Assembly: GCA_964036045.1 (NCBI GenBank)
Contig: OZ038378.1
Coordinates: 95,852,001 to 95,916,000 of the forward strand
Direction of reading: 5' to 3'
Source of the DNA: Eutreptiella sp. 'Long Island Sound 2002'
Lineage: Eukaryota > Protista > Euglenida
Length of the DNA: 64,000 bases
Position 1 is the stretch's first letter. Every line of letters starts with the position of its first letter. This document shows, piece after piece, positions 50,440 through 63,300 of this stretch. Position numbers and translations under genes: made by a program. Below the pieces are notes generated by a model. It was not told the origin of the DNA. It saw only the letters and a list, made by a program, of their open reading frames with translations, and made no database searches.

Positions 50440-52541
50440 GGTGGATCCGAGGGCGGGGGGGGGGTTCCCCTTGCCGTTGCGAACGCAGTCCAAGTGTTCT
50501 TGGGCACCTTGGGGGGTGGGGAAGAGGAGGTCACAGTTCACCTCGTAGAGCTGGGGGTTGTTCGGGTATACCACCTAGATGACCCTCGCTTTCCTCCGGT
50601 GGGGGGGATGGCTTCATCCGACGAATCATCGCGCTCAAAATGCCATCTGGAGCTTTTCTTGTCACCCGTGTTGGTGACTGGGGGTTTGGGGGGTGGTGGT
50701 TCGATCTTTTGGGGGGGGACTCCTCTTTCAACGCTCCCTCACCATTCCAATCACCCCCCACCATCCCTGTCCATATCCCCTCATCCTCTGCCCCTGTGTA
50801 CCCCATCTGCCCTAACCTGGCCCACTCCCCAGCCATGTACCTCGTTGCACCCACACCTCCGAGCAGACCCTCCGCTGCTCGCAATCCCTCAACCCCCTCA
50901 AGGTGCGCAACCCCAAGCGCGGGTCGGCTGCGACCAGGCGGCGGAGGTGCCCGAGTGGCACCTCATAGGCCGCATTGCGGTCACGCCAAGACACGCGCGC
51001 GGGCCGCGCGTCCGTGGCGTTGATGACAACATCGGTCACCGGCAACGAGACGGACAGCACAACACTTAATTTTTATGGCGAGTTTTTTTTGATTTTTCTA
51101 AGATAATATTATTTTTTTATTCCATTTTTTGCACCGTTGATCGAAAAATCAGACGGTACCCTACAAAAGTTCACCACAAAAGTCCAAATATTAGCCCACA
51201 AGCAAGCACACATACCTCAAAACCAGCCGGCGCTCCTTGCTATGGGACAGCTTCCAATGGTGTCCTAAAGTGTGTCGTGGCCGTTGGGGCCTCCACGGGG
51301 TCCACCATTCAGTTTGGCGGGCGCGGCGGCGGCGGCGGCAGAGACAGCCGCTTTGGCAAGAGCGGTTGCAGTGTTCCGCGTGCCGCCGCCCCTGACCCCT
51401 CGTATTGGTGCTGTTCGGCGGGGTCGTATACGGGCTGCGGGGGTGCCAAGACTGCAGTCCATTGGACCGCAAAGTGCACCCCCTTCCCCGGCCGCCACTG
51501 GCGGCACCATTCCAGCGTGACTCAACGCTCGAGGGCCATGTGAAAATGTGCGCTACCGTACCGCGCACTTCGCGGGTCGCTGCATAAGTTGAGCGAGCTC
51601 AGGGACCCGACGCTAATGCCCCCTGGCACTGGGCTGAGGGGCTCGCCGGGGAGAGGGCGCGAGGCCCATGCGCCCCCTCGTTCGCTATCCCGCCGCCAGG
51701 TGCCCTTGTTTTCCCTGTGCCGGCGAATTTGGAACCGCACGAGGTGGAGAAAGACCCACTCAAGGGTCATGTGCGCGTGGGACGTGCCTGCAATCAAGGG
51801 TTGATACCTTGTGCAGCCCTCTTGGAGGCCCTATGCCGACCACGGCACAAGTGCGGGCTTGCAGGTGGCCGCGGAAGTGGGCCTTAGGGCTTTTAGGAGT
51901 TATTGGGTGAGGTTTAGCTTGTTGGGAGGGTTGGGGGGGTTTGGTCTCCACCACGTCCCACTCCCCCTCCTCCAACACCCCATCCCCCCCCCCTCGTCCA
52001 CCACCACCTCCCCACTCTCCTCCTCCTTGACCCCCACCCCCCAGGGTAGCCTCGCTCTCACGCTGGCTCTCTCTCTCCTTCCCTTCTCCTCCCTCTTCTT
52101 CTCTCCCTACCTCTCCTTGCGCTCTCGCCGCCAGTGAGAGGAGTTGTCGCTTGACTCCTCTCCCCCTTGACTTGGCGAGGGAGCTCTTGTTGGTGGTGGT
52201 GGTGCTGGTGGTGGTGGAGCTGCACCTTTTGCAACTGTTGGAGCTGCTACAGCTTGCAGGCACTGTTCCATGTGGGACATCTTAGGAGAAAAAACAAAAA
52301 ATATTAATTTTTCGGATTGTGAAATATAGCATTAGCGAGGTTAATATTGAACCACTTAATATTAACTAACTTATTGAATACCTGAAGTTGCCGGCGTTAA
52401 TATTAACCTACAAAACTCAATCGAAACTGCCCAAAAATTAACGGACACAAAAAGCAAACAACAATCAAAACAAGCACACCAGGCGCTTTTCTTGGGCTTT
52501 CATCATGTCGCCCAAGATGGCCTGAGCTTGTCTTGATCCAT
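50440..52541 (-). pseudogene. ORF2, mirror of L1
   Basis: Shares L1's long intron 1 and L1's ~190-bp deletion (near 50590). Confidence 0.45.
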
Positions 52542-52699
52542 GGATTGGTGAAACAAAAGCTAGGGGAGGGGACGAAAAGGAAGAGGGTAGGGGACTTTGG
52601 GTGCCCATGATTTTGGCCATAGTGCATGGGGCCATATGTGGTGCCCCATGGTGTTGCAACAGAAGGTCAAATTTCAAAAACCACCACCCCCATGCTTGC

Positions 52700-54620
52700 A
52701 ACACCACCTCCGCCTCCCGTTCCAATGCCCTAGCCCCCGGCATCCCCCTCCCCCCCCTTGCGGGCTGTGTGGTGGTTGTAGGCCCGCTTGACGATGGTGT
52801 TGACTCTCTCAACAACATCGCCGCACACCGCGCCCAACCCAACCCCAAGCCGGGCCGCATTCGCCACCGCCAATGTCACATCCCACTCCAAGTAGCAGAG
52901 GTACTTCGATTGGCAGCCGGCCTTGCAACAATGCAGGCGGTACGCCCGCGCGACCTCCGCGGCCCGTAGGTGGACGCGTGTTGGGGTATCCGAGTACAAC
53001 TCCTGGAGGACGACCCGCATGGCAAACAAAGATTGCCACTCATCGTCCACTGGGGCGTAGGCCAATAGTGGCCTGACCTCCTTCCATGTGAGGTACAACA
53101 CCCGTGCCTCCTCTCCGTAGGGCGAAGCCGAAGCCCCCCACGGAACGCCGACACAAGCCCCGTAGAGCACGCACCGCACGGCAACGGCGTTGTCCTTGGG
53201 AAGGTGCCCTAGGCGGGGCTCAATGAAAGCCATTAGGAGGCGGCCCATGGCCATGCAACAATGGACGATGCATAGGAAGACCAAGCACCGCTCCACCACA
53301 ACGTGCGGGTCTCCTACGCACCCCCCATTCTCCAAGCTGAGGCCTGTCTGCTAATAGCATCGACCGGCCACCGCCTCCCCCTCCAATGTGCGGTGGACCT
53401 CCGCCTCCACCCACGCCTCCGCAACCTTGCCCCATACACCCATATTGTAATTTGAGCCCACCATGGGCGATATGCAGCCAAGGAGGCGTCTCACGAAGGG
53501 TTGGTCCGGCGCGATGACCAACTTAGCGGGCACCCACTTGGTGCCCCTGTAGAACTTCTTGCAGTTGTGGCCCAACTGCAACACCTACCAACAAACGGGG
53601 ATTAATTTTTGAATTAATTTTCCACGTTAATATTAAAGTATTTTTTCAGTCGGCGAAATTTCAAGTATTAACCTCGAGAAAGTACCGCAAGAACGATAGC
53701 AGAACAAAACGACTGTATACCTGTAGGTTCTTGCACCATATTTTTCCGCTAGCGCGGCCATGTCCTTGTCCCCGCATACGGCTATACCCATCACCGATAG
53801 GTATGCAGGTGTTCGGCCCCGTGCACCGTGGTTGAGGAGCCCAATGGAAAGTTGGGTCCATCCTCCACCGGCGCACGGGTAGGCATCCCCACGGAGGAGG
53901 AAAGTGATCGGCCCCTCCCAGGCGTTGGAGTCAACAAGGGGTGGACGCCATTGGATGTAGCAGGCCCACGATTGCAGCGGCCAAGAGCGGCCGCTTGCGA
54001 GGGGATCCGCCACGGACATGGGCCGATCTAGCGCAAGCGGCTGGACCAACTTCTTCAATGTGTCCATGACGCGGTCACGTGAAGGGATGGGGCGGGCCAA
54101 TGGCAGGCCCGTTGCGGTGGTGTACGTGGCCCCCCCGGCGGGTCATAAACTTCGACACATGCCGGAAGCCCCCCTTCGGGACATTCAAGTGCATAAGTAA
54201 ACCGATCAACTCGGGTGCGGGGAAGTGGATAGATGCATATTGCTTCACGGCCTCTTTTGGTTCGTTGCGGATGGTTGGGAGTTGGGCAACCTCGGTGGCG
54301 TGGTACCACCGGGCCTTGGCCAAAGGGGATGAGGCCACCCACTCACCAAGGAGTTGGGAGACCAAAGGGTGCCGCAAACACTTGGCCCCACTCAAACGCA
54401 TGAGCATCATACTAAACCCGAGAAGAGTGTCACGCGACAAAGGCCTAACAAGAGCTACACAAGGAAAAAAGGCGGTTGGGAGTAGGGTGAGTGGGGGGAC
54501 CGGAGAGGGATGTGTGGGGCTACATAACCACCCATAGGACTATGCAACCTTGGTAGCAACCCGTTGGGCACCCTTTGACCACACAAACACGTCAAATGGG
54601 CATGGTACGAGCACAAGCAA
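52700..54620 (-). pseudogene. Family A transposase, outer right copy, with GT-AG intron 53585-53720
   Basis: ORFs 54075-54440, 53633-54100, 53351-53584 and 52730-53335 tile the same protein (LLRGDAYP, APDQPFVRRLLG, CIVHCC, VVERVN), with frameshifts and stops. Confidence 0.75.
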
Positions 54621-56589
54621 AGCGGGGCAAATATGCCAAAATTGGGTTAACGTGTTAATATTTGACAGATTAATTTTTACATCCTTTCGTACATTGAAAA
54701 TTAGAATTAACCATATTGGTTTCAATGTAGGACTTTAGGGCTCATAAACTTTTGTTGCATACAGGTTGGGGAGAGACAAATGTCGCATTTCAAAAAAAGA
54801 TTTTCAACTCCGGGCAGAAGTTTTGCCCCCCCCCCCCGCGCCCTGGGTGCCAATGTGCCAGCCAAAGTATGTTTGTATGTACATAGGTGATGACGTCTTG
54901 CACCTTTGAACATGTGTGAGTGGACAACCCCTGCGTCAAGATCTGACGGGAGCACTAAAAGCCTCTTGCTCGACCACCAGCAATTTTTGGTTGCTACTCA
55001 ACCCATTGCAGCATGCCCAATACCACTGAAGGACATTCGATGCCGTAAGGATGTGAGCGGGACACGTGTACACAATCACGCATGAAAAGCTTCCGTGCTG
55101 CTGGAGTGGGCAATGCTGCGCAAAGTTCTACTTGATGTTTAGCGGCATACCCCTTGTATTCGCTCCGCCGTGGTTCGTGAAAATATTCCTTATTGCATTT
55201 CTACAGTCTAATGTGGGCAATGGTATTGGTGTTGGAACGTCGGAGCATACCTCTTGTACTCCGCTCTACTGTGGTTCATGAAAATACTTGTCATTCCATT
55301 GGTGTACTCTCTTGTCGGCAATGGTATTGGCCTTGGAACGTAGGAAGGCTGCTAGGATGGCCAACCCCATTCTGCGCCCTTTCCACGTATGCAGCCACAA
55401 AGTGTTTCTCTGCATTTTCCCCACTGGTCATGTACACGTTGTATGGTAAACTAGATGGTTGCTTTGAGATACATGCGAACGGTAGGTTGATATTCAAGGA
55501 GAGACCATTTGCTTCCCTCCGAGTGTTCCTTCACAATGTAAGAGATGTGGTGGCCACTGCCTAGTAGCCTCGCTGGACCTCCAAAAGTGGCTCCGGGAAC
55601 AATCGGCTATGGTGGTTCGGGTGCAGTACAAGCATGGTGGGCAGCAACCTGACAACAGGGCCTCACACTACCACTAGACTAGTTTCCAAGTGACTGGCAC
55701 CGCCACCCGGGGTCCATTGCATGCAAACTTGGGCTAATCACCGGTTTAATCGAAGTGTCACACGGGCAAAAATCATGCTATTTTTGTTTTCTCCCGCTAT
55801 TCACCCAACTTTATCTATTTTTGGGCGTTTTTCCGTGTTTTTTTTCTCATTCTTTTTCAATCTTGGATGTGATACAGTCCGAACAACGTCCCCCCGAAAA
55901 ACTAGCAATTAAGCATTCCTCAACAGAAACAAAAAGTGGGCAACAATTTTTCGAATAGAGGAAAGATAACAGCAAACATGCTTCCACAAGAATGAACACT
56001 ACGTTCCACAAGGCTTTCATGCACATTGTCGTGACATTTGTAGTGCACGACAATCTTGTCCTTCGAGGAATTGACAAGTGTCCAACAAACCAACTAAGCA
56101 GAGCCTACTCAATAGGGTGATCACCTGTGTGGAGCCAAGGGCGTCACACGTGCAAAGCCGGTTGTGGGAATGTCAGACCTCAAGTAGTTAGCGAGCATTG
56201 CAACACTATCCTTGCGGTTAGCCCACATGGGGTTCCTTGCACCATATGATATGAGGACGGAATTTATTCGGCAAGTGGTGTAGGAGTCTCAAAAAGTTTG
56301 GTTGGCGCATCATGTGAGAGTAGGGGACTTCCGCATCTAGGGCCATTTGGGGAACGGACGCACGATGCCTTGGGCATCACAGGAGCTGCTAGTGCACCAG
56401 CAAGCAAGTAGGCAGGCTATCCATAGAGCTGTGCCTGATTGAGGTTGCCCTTCATGGGGACACTCGGAGCCCCCTACACATGTGTGCAACTCACTGCACG
56501 CATCACACAGTCACACATACGAGCATGCGCTTTTGTACTTTCTCATGTGTAACACACCCCAGCCATCGCCTTTTGGTCGGAGTGCCGTT

Positions 56590-56650
56590 GGCACACCACA
56601 CTACACCACTTCGCACTGCAGCACACCACACCACACCACACCACACCGCA
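56590..56650. repeat. (CACAC)n microsatellite
   Basis: CACCACACCACACCACAC run. Confidence 0.8.
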
Positions 56651-57337
56651 ATGTGCTTACTCGCCGGCTCTACTCACGAGTTGGGTACTGGGTGGGAAAC
56701 CCCTGACGATAGGGCCCGGGCACCACCCTGGCGGGTGGTGTACTAACAGTGTCGGGTGTGCGCGCGCTCCAGCGCTAGGCGCCACCCAAGGGAGCTCACC
56801 ACCCCCTAGTTCCGGCCGCTAGGGCTCCTGGAAAGGACGAGCGATTCCTAGAGAGGACGGCTGGAACAGCCTCCTCCTCCTCCTCCTCTCAACGCCCTTG
56901 CCCCACCCACAAGAGGCTAGCAGATTTTTTCTGCCTCCCTGGGGCTCGGCGCGCCACCGAGGTGGCTCCAATGCGGAGTCTACATGGCAGGCGGCCAACT
57001 GTGTAGGTTGAAAGGGCCTTGGAGGCTACATATGAAGGATGTGGGGAGCCCTCGCCCTAGCGGTGGCGCGGTGCCTAGGGATTGGCTTGGGGGGTCCCAG
57101 CGCCGCAGGCGGAGGCAACAGTGCGCAAGGCAGGGACATGGCATACCATGGCCGCGAGGGGCCTGTGCATGCCTCACATCCATAATTGGGCTAGGTACCT
57201 TCGTGCCATCCCAGCCTGTTGTGGGAGCCATGTCAACGACTCCCTTGCACTTAGCCCCCTCCCCCGCCCTAAACAACTATGCTCCCCTCCCCCGAGGACG
57301 GTGATAGGGCCATAGCCCACCGCTGCACTGCTCACCG

Positions 57338-60300
57338 CCCCCCAGGCCGGTGTGCACGATTCTACCTCCCCGCGGGCCCTACAGGACGCTCCGACCACCC
57401 CCTGGGCAGGACTCCCCATCCCCCCAAGGCCGGTGTGCCCGGTTCTACGTCCCCACAGGCCCAGCAGGGCGCTCCGACCACCCCCTGGGCTGGACTCCCC
57501 ATTTCCCTAGGCCGGTGTGCCCGGTTCTACGTCCCCACAGGCCCTGCAGGACGCTCCGACCACCCCCTGGGCAGGACTCCCCATCCCCCCAGGCCGGTGG
57601 GCCCGGTTGTCCATCCCCGCAGACCCTGCAGGAAACTCCGACCACCCCCTGGGCTGGACTCCCCATCCCTCCAGGCCGGTGTGCCCGGTTCTACGTCCCC
57701 ACAGGCCCGGCAGGACACTCCGACCACCCCCTGGGGAGGACTCCCCATCCCCCCAGGCCGGTGTGCCCGGTTGTACGTCCCCACAGGCCCTGTAGGACGC
57801 TCCGACCACCCCCTGGGTAGGACTCCCCATCCCCCCAAGCCGGTGGTCCCGGCTGTCCATCCCCGCAGACCCTGCAGGAAACTCCGACCACCCCCTCGGC
57901 TGGACTCCCCATCCCCCCAGGCCGGTGTGCCCGGTTCTACGTCCCCACAGGCCCGGCAGGACGCTCCGACCACCCCCTGGGCAGGACTCCCCATCCCCCC
58001 AGGCCGCTGTGCCCGGTTCTACGTCCCCACAGGCCCTGCAGGACGCTCCGACCACCCCCTGGGCAGGACTCCCCATCCCCCCAGGCCGGTGTGCCCGGTT
58101 GTACGTCCCCACAGGCCCTGTAGGACGCTCCGACCACCCCCTGGGTAGGACTCCCCATCCCCCCAGGCCGGTGGTCCCGGCTGTCCATCCCCGCAGACCC
58201 TGCAGGAAACTCCGACCACCCCCTCGGCTGGACTCCCCATCCCCCCAGGCCGGTGTGCCCGGTTCTACGTCCCCACAGGCCCGGCAGGACGCTCCGACCA
58301 CCCCCTGGGCAGGACTCCCCATCCCCCCAGGCCGCTGTGCCCGGTTCTACGTCCCCACAGGCCCTGCAGGACGCTCCGACCACCCCCTGGGCAGAACTCC
58401 CCATCCCCCCAGGCCGGTGGGCCCGGTTGTCCATCCCCGCAGACCCTGCAAGAAACTCCGACCACCCCCTGGGCTGGACTCCCCATCTCCCCAGGCCGGT
58501 GTGCCCGGTTCTACGTCCCCACAGGCCCGGCAGGACGCTCCGACCAGCCCCTGGGCAGGACTCCTCATCCCCCCAGGCCGGTGTGCCCGGTTCTACGTCC
58601 CCACAGGCCCTGCAGGACACTCCGACCACCCCTTGGGCAAGACTCCCCATCCCCCCAGGCCGGTGTGCCCGGTTCTACGTCCCCACAGGCCCTGGAAGGA
58701 CGCTCAGACCACCCCCTGGGCAGGACTCCCCATCCCCCCAGGCCGGTGCGCCCGGTTGTCCATCCCCACACGCTCTGCAGGAAACTCCGACCACCCCCTG
58801 GGCAGGACTCCCCATCCCCCTAGGCCGGTGCGCCCGGTTGTCCATCCCCACAGGCTCTGCAGGAAACTCCGACCACCCCTTGGGCTGGACTCCCCATCCC
58901 CTCAGGCCGGTGTGCCCGGTTCTACGTCCCCACAGGCCCTGCACGTTGCTCCGACCACCCCCTGGGCAGGACTCCCCATCCCCCTAGGCCGGTGTACCCG
59001 ATTCTACATCCAAGCAGGCCCTGCACGCAACTCCGGCCACCCCCTCGGGCTGGACTCCCCATCCCCCCAGCCCGGTGTGCCCGGTTCTACGCCCCCACAG
59101 GCCCTGCAGGACGCTCCGACCACCCCTTGGGTAGGACTCCCCGTCCCCCCAGGCCGGTGGGCCCCGTTGTCCATCCCCGCAGGCCCTGCAGGAAACTCCG
59201 ACCACCCCATGGGCGGGACTCCCCATCCCCTCAGGCCGGTGTGCCCGGTTCTACGTCCCCACAGGCCCTGCAGGGCGCTCCGACCGCCCCCTGGGCAGGA
59301 CTCCCCATCCCCCCAGGCTGGTGTGCCCGGTTCTACGTCCCCACAGGCCGTGCAGGGCGCTCCGACCACCCCCTGGGCTGGACTCCCCATTCCCCCAGGC
59401 CGGTGTACGCGGTTCTACGTCCCCACAGGCCCTGCAGGACGCTCCGACCATCCCCTGGGCGGGACTCCCCATCCCCCCAGGCCGCTGGGCCCGGTTGTCC
59501 ATCCCCGCAGACCCTGCAGGAACCTCCGACCACCCCCTGGGCTGGACTCCCCATCCCTCCAGGCCGGTGTGCCCGGTTCTACGTCCCCACAGGCCCGGCA
59601 GGACCATCCGACCACCCCTTGGGCAGGACTCCCCATCCCCCCAGGCCGGTGTGCCCGGTTCTACGTCCCCAGAGGCCCTGCAGGACGCTCCGACCACCCC
59701 CTGGGTAGGACTCCCCATGCCCCCAGGCCGGTGGGCCCGGTTGTCCATCCCCGCAGCCCCTGCAGGAAACTCCGACCACCCCCTGGGCTGGACTCCCCAT
59801 CCCCCCAGGCCGGTGTGCCCGGTTCTACGTCCCCACAGGCCCGGGAGGACACTCCGACCACCCCCTGGGCAGGACTCCCCATTCCCCCAGGCCGGTGTGC
59901 CCGGTTCTACGTCCCCACAGGCCCTGCAGGACGCTCCAACCACCCCCTGGGCAGGACTCCCCATCCCCCCAGGACGGTGCGCCCGGTTGTCCATCCCCGC
60001 AGGCCCTGTAGGAAACTCCGACCACCCCCTGGGCAGGACTCCCCATCCCCCCAAGCTGGTGTGCCCGGTTCTACGTCCCCAAAGGCCCTGCAGGACGCTC
60101 CGACCACCCCCTGGGCATGACTCCCCGTCCCCTCAGGCCGCTGCGCCCGGTTGTCCATCCCCACGGCCCTGCAGGAAACTCTGACCACCCCTTGGGCTGG
60201 ACTCCCCTTCCCCCTAGGGCGGTGTGCCCGGTTCTACGTCCCCACAGGCCGTGCAGGACGCTCCGACCAACCCCTGGGCAGGACTCCCCATCCCCCCTAG

Positions 60301-63300
60301 GCCGGTGTACCCGATTCTACCTCCCGGCAGGCCCGGCACGAAACCCCGGCCACCCCCTGGGGCTTAACTTCCCATCCCCCCAGGCCGGTGTGCCCGGTTC
60401 TACGTCCCCACAGGCCCTGCAGGACGCTCCGACCACCCCCTGGGTAGGACTCCCCATCCCCCGAGGCCGGTGGGCCCGGTTGTCCATCCCCGCAGGCCCT
60501 GCGGGAAACTCCGGCCACCCGCTGGGCTGGACTCCCCGTCCCCCAAGCCCTGTGTGCCCGGTTCTACGCCCCCACAGGACCTGCAGGACGCTCCGACCAC
60601 CCCCTGGGCAGGACTCCCCGCCCCCCCAGGCTGGTGGGCCCGGTTGTCCATCCCCGCAGGCCTGCAGGAAACTCGGACCACCCCCTGGGCAGGACTCCCC
60701 ATCCCTCCAGGCCGTTGTGCCCGGTTCTACGTCCCCACAGGCCCTGCAGGAAACTCCGACCACCCCCTGGGCGGGACTCCCCATCCTTCTAGGCCGGTCT
60801 GCCCGGTTGTACGTCCCCACAGGCTCTGCAGGACACTCCGACCACCCCCTGGGCAGGACTCCCCGTCCCCCCGGGGCGGTGTGCCCGAATCTACCTCCCC
60901 ACAGGCCCAGCAGGACACTCCGACCAACCCCTGGGCAGGACTCCCCATCCCCCCAGGCCGGTGTGCCCGAATCTACCTCCCCACAGGCTGTGCAGGACAC
61001 TCCGACCACCCCCGGGGCAGGAATCCCCTTCCCCCCAGGCCGCTGGGCCGGGTTGTCCACTCCCGCAGACCCTGCAGGAAACTCTGAGCACCCCCTGGGC
61101 TGGACTCCCCATCCCCCCAGCCCGTGTGCCCGGTTCTACGTCCCGACAGGCCTTGTAGGACGCTCCGACCACCCCCTGGGCAGAATTCCCCGTCCCCCAG
61201 GCCGGTGTGCCCGAATCTACCTCCCCACAGGCCTAGCAATGCACTCCGACCACCCCCTGGGTAGGACTCCCCATCCCCCCAGGCCGGTGTGCCCGAATCT
61301 ACATCCCCACAGGCCTTGCAGGAAACTCTGACCACCCGCTGGGTAGGACTCGCCATCCCCCCAGGCCGGTGTACGCGGTTCTACGTCCCCACAGGCCCAG
61401 CAAGACACTCCGACCACCCCCTGGGCAAGACTGCCCATCCCCCCAAGGCGGTGTGCCCGATTCTACCTCCCCGCAGGCCCTACAGGACACTCCGACCACC
61501 CCCTGGGCAGGAGTCCCCATCCCCCTAGGCCGGTGGGCCCGGTTGTCCATCCCCGTAGGCCCTGCAGGACACTCCGACCACCCCTTGGGCAGGACTCCCC
61601 ATCCCCCCGGGGCGGTGTGCCCGAATCTACCTCCCCACAGGCCGAGCAGGACACTCCGACCAACCAATGGGCAGGACTCCCCATCCCCCCAGGCCAGTGT
61701 GCCCAAATCTACCTCCCCACAGGCCCTGCAGGACACTCCGACCACCCCCGAGGCAGGACTCCCCATCCCCCAGGCCGGTGCGCCCGGTAGTCCATCCCCA
61801 CAAGCTGTGCAGGAAACTCCGACCACCCCTTGGGCTGGACTCCCCATCCCCCCAGGCCGGTGTGCCCGGTTCTACGTCCCCAGAGGCCCTTCAGGACGCT
61901 CCGACCACCCCCTGGGTAGGACTCCCCATCCCCCCAGGCCGGTGGGCCCGGTTGTCCATCCCCACGGACCCGGCAGGACGCTCCGACCACCCCCTGGGCA
62001 GGACTCCCCATCCCCCCGAGACCGGTGTGCCCGGTTCTACGTCCCCAGAGGCCCTGCAGGACGCTCCGACCACCCCCTGGGTAGGACTCCCCATCCCCCC
62101 AGGCCGGTGGGCCCGGTTGTCCATCCCCACGGACCCTGCAGGAAACTCCGACCACCCCCTGGGCTGGACTCCCCATCCCCCCGAGGCCGGTGTGCCCGGT
62201 TCTACGTCCCCACAGGCCCTGCAGGACGCTCCGACCACCCCCTGGGTAGGACTCCCCATCCCCCGAGGCCGGTGTGCCCGGTTCTACGTCCCCACAGGCC
62301 CGGCAGGACACTCCGACCACCCCCTGGGCAGGACTCCCCATCCCCCCAAGCCGGTGTGCCCGGTTCTACGTCCCCACAGGCCCTGCAGGACGCTCCGACC
62401 ACCCCTCGGGCTGGACTCCCCATCCCCCCAGGCCGGTGTGCCCGGTTCTACGTCCCCAAAGGCCCTGCAGGACGCTCCGACCACCCCCTGGGCAGGACTC
62501 CCCATCCCCCCAGGCCGGTGTGCCCGGTTCTACGTCCCCACAGGCCCGGCAGGACACTCCGACCACCCCCTTGGCAGGACTCCCCATCCCCCTAGGCCGG
62601 TGTGCCCGGTTCTACGTCCCCACAGGCCCTGCAGGACGCTCCGACCACCCCCCGGGCAGGACTCCCCATCCCCTCAGGCCGGTGCGCCCGGTTGTCCATC
62701 CCCGCAGGCCCTGTAGGAAACTCCGACCACCCCCTGGGCAGGACCTCCCATCTCCCCAGGCCGGTGCGCCCGGTTGTCCATCCCCACAGGCTCTGCAGGA
62801 CGCTCCGACCACCCCTCGGGCTGGACTCCCCATCCCCCCAGGCCGGTGTGCCCGGTTCTACGTCCCCAAAGGCCCTGCAGGACGCTCCGACCACCCCCTG
62901 GGCTGGACTCCCCATCCCCCCAGGCCGGTGTGCCCGGTTCTACGTCCCCACAGGCCCGGCAGGACACTCCGACCACCCCCTGGGCAGGACTCCCCATCCC
63001 CCCAGGCCGGTGTGCCCGGTTCTACGTCCCCACAGGCCCTGCACGACGCTCCGACCACCCCCTGGGTAGGACCTCTCGTCCCCTCAGGCCGGTGCGCCCG
63101 GTTGTCCATCCCCACGGCCCTACAGGAAACTCCGACCACCCCTTGGGCTGGACTCCCCATCCCCCCAGGGCGGTGTGCCCGGTTCTACGTCCCCACAGGC
63201 CGTGCAGGACGCTCCGACCACCCCCTGGGCAGGACTCCCCGTCCCCCCAGGCCGGTGGGCCCGGTTGTCCATCCCCGCAGGCCCTGCAGGAAACTCCGAC

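Larger units (their letters stand above)
31709..53276 (-). repeat. Right arm of giant inverted repeat (~21.6 kb)
   Basis: Mirror of 9622-31306. The match ends at CCTATGCAT (9622) / ATGCATAGG (53276). Contains an internal inversion at 43116-45398. Confidence 0.97.
41832..56475 (-). mobile_element. Mirror array of the same unit (about 2.3 copies), extending 3.2 kb beyond the region mirrored on the left
   Basis: Landmarks at ~46935/53275 and 50041/56462. Similarity ends at CACTCGGAGCCCCC (~56475). Confidence 0.85.

Noticed and set aside
56721-56746. Helitron 3' end (hairpin CACCACCC-TGGC-GGGTGGTG followed by CTAA)
   Set aside because: CTRR is only 2 nt from the hairpin, is not followed by T, and no RepHel or 5' TC end was found.
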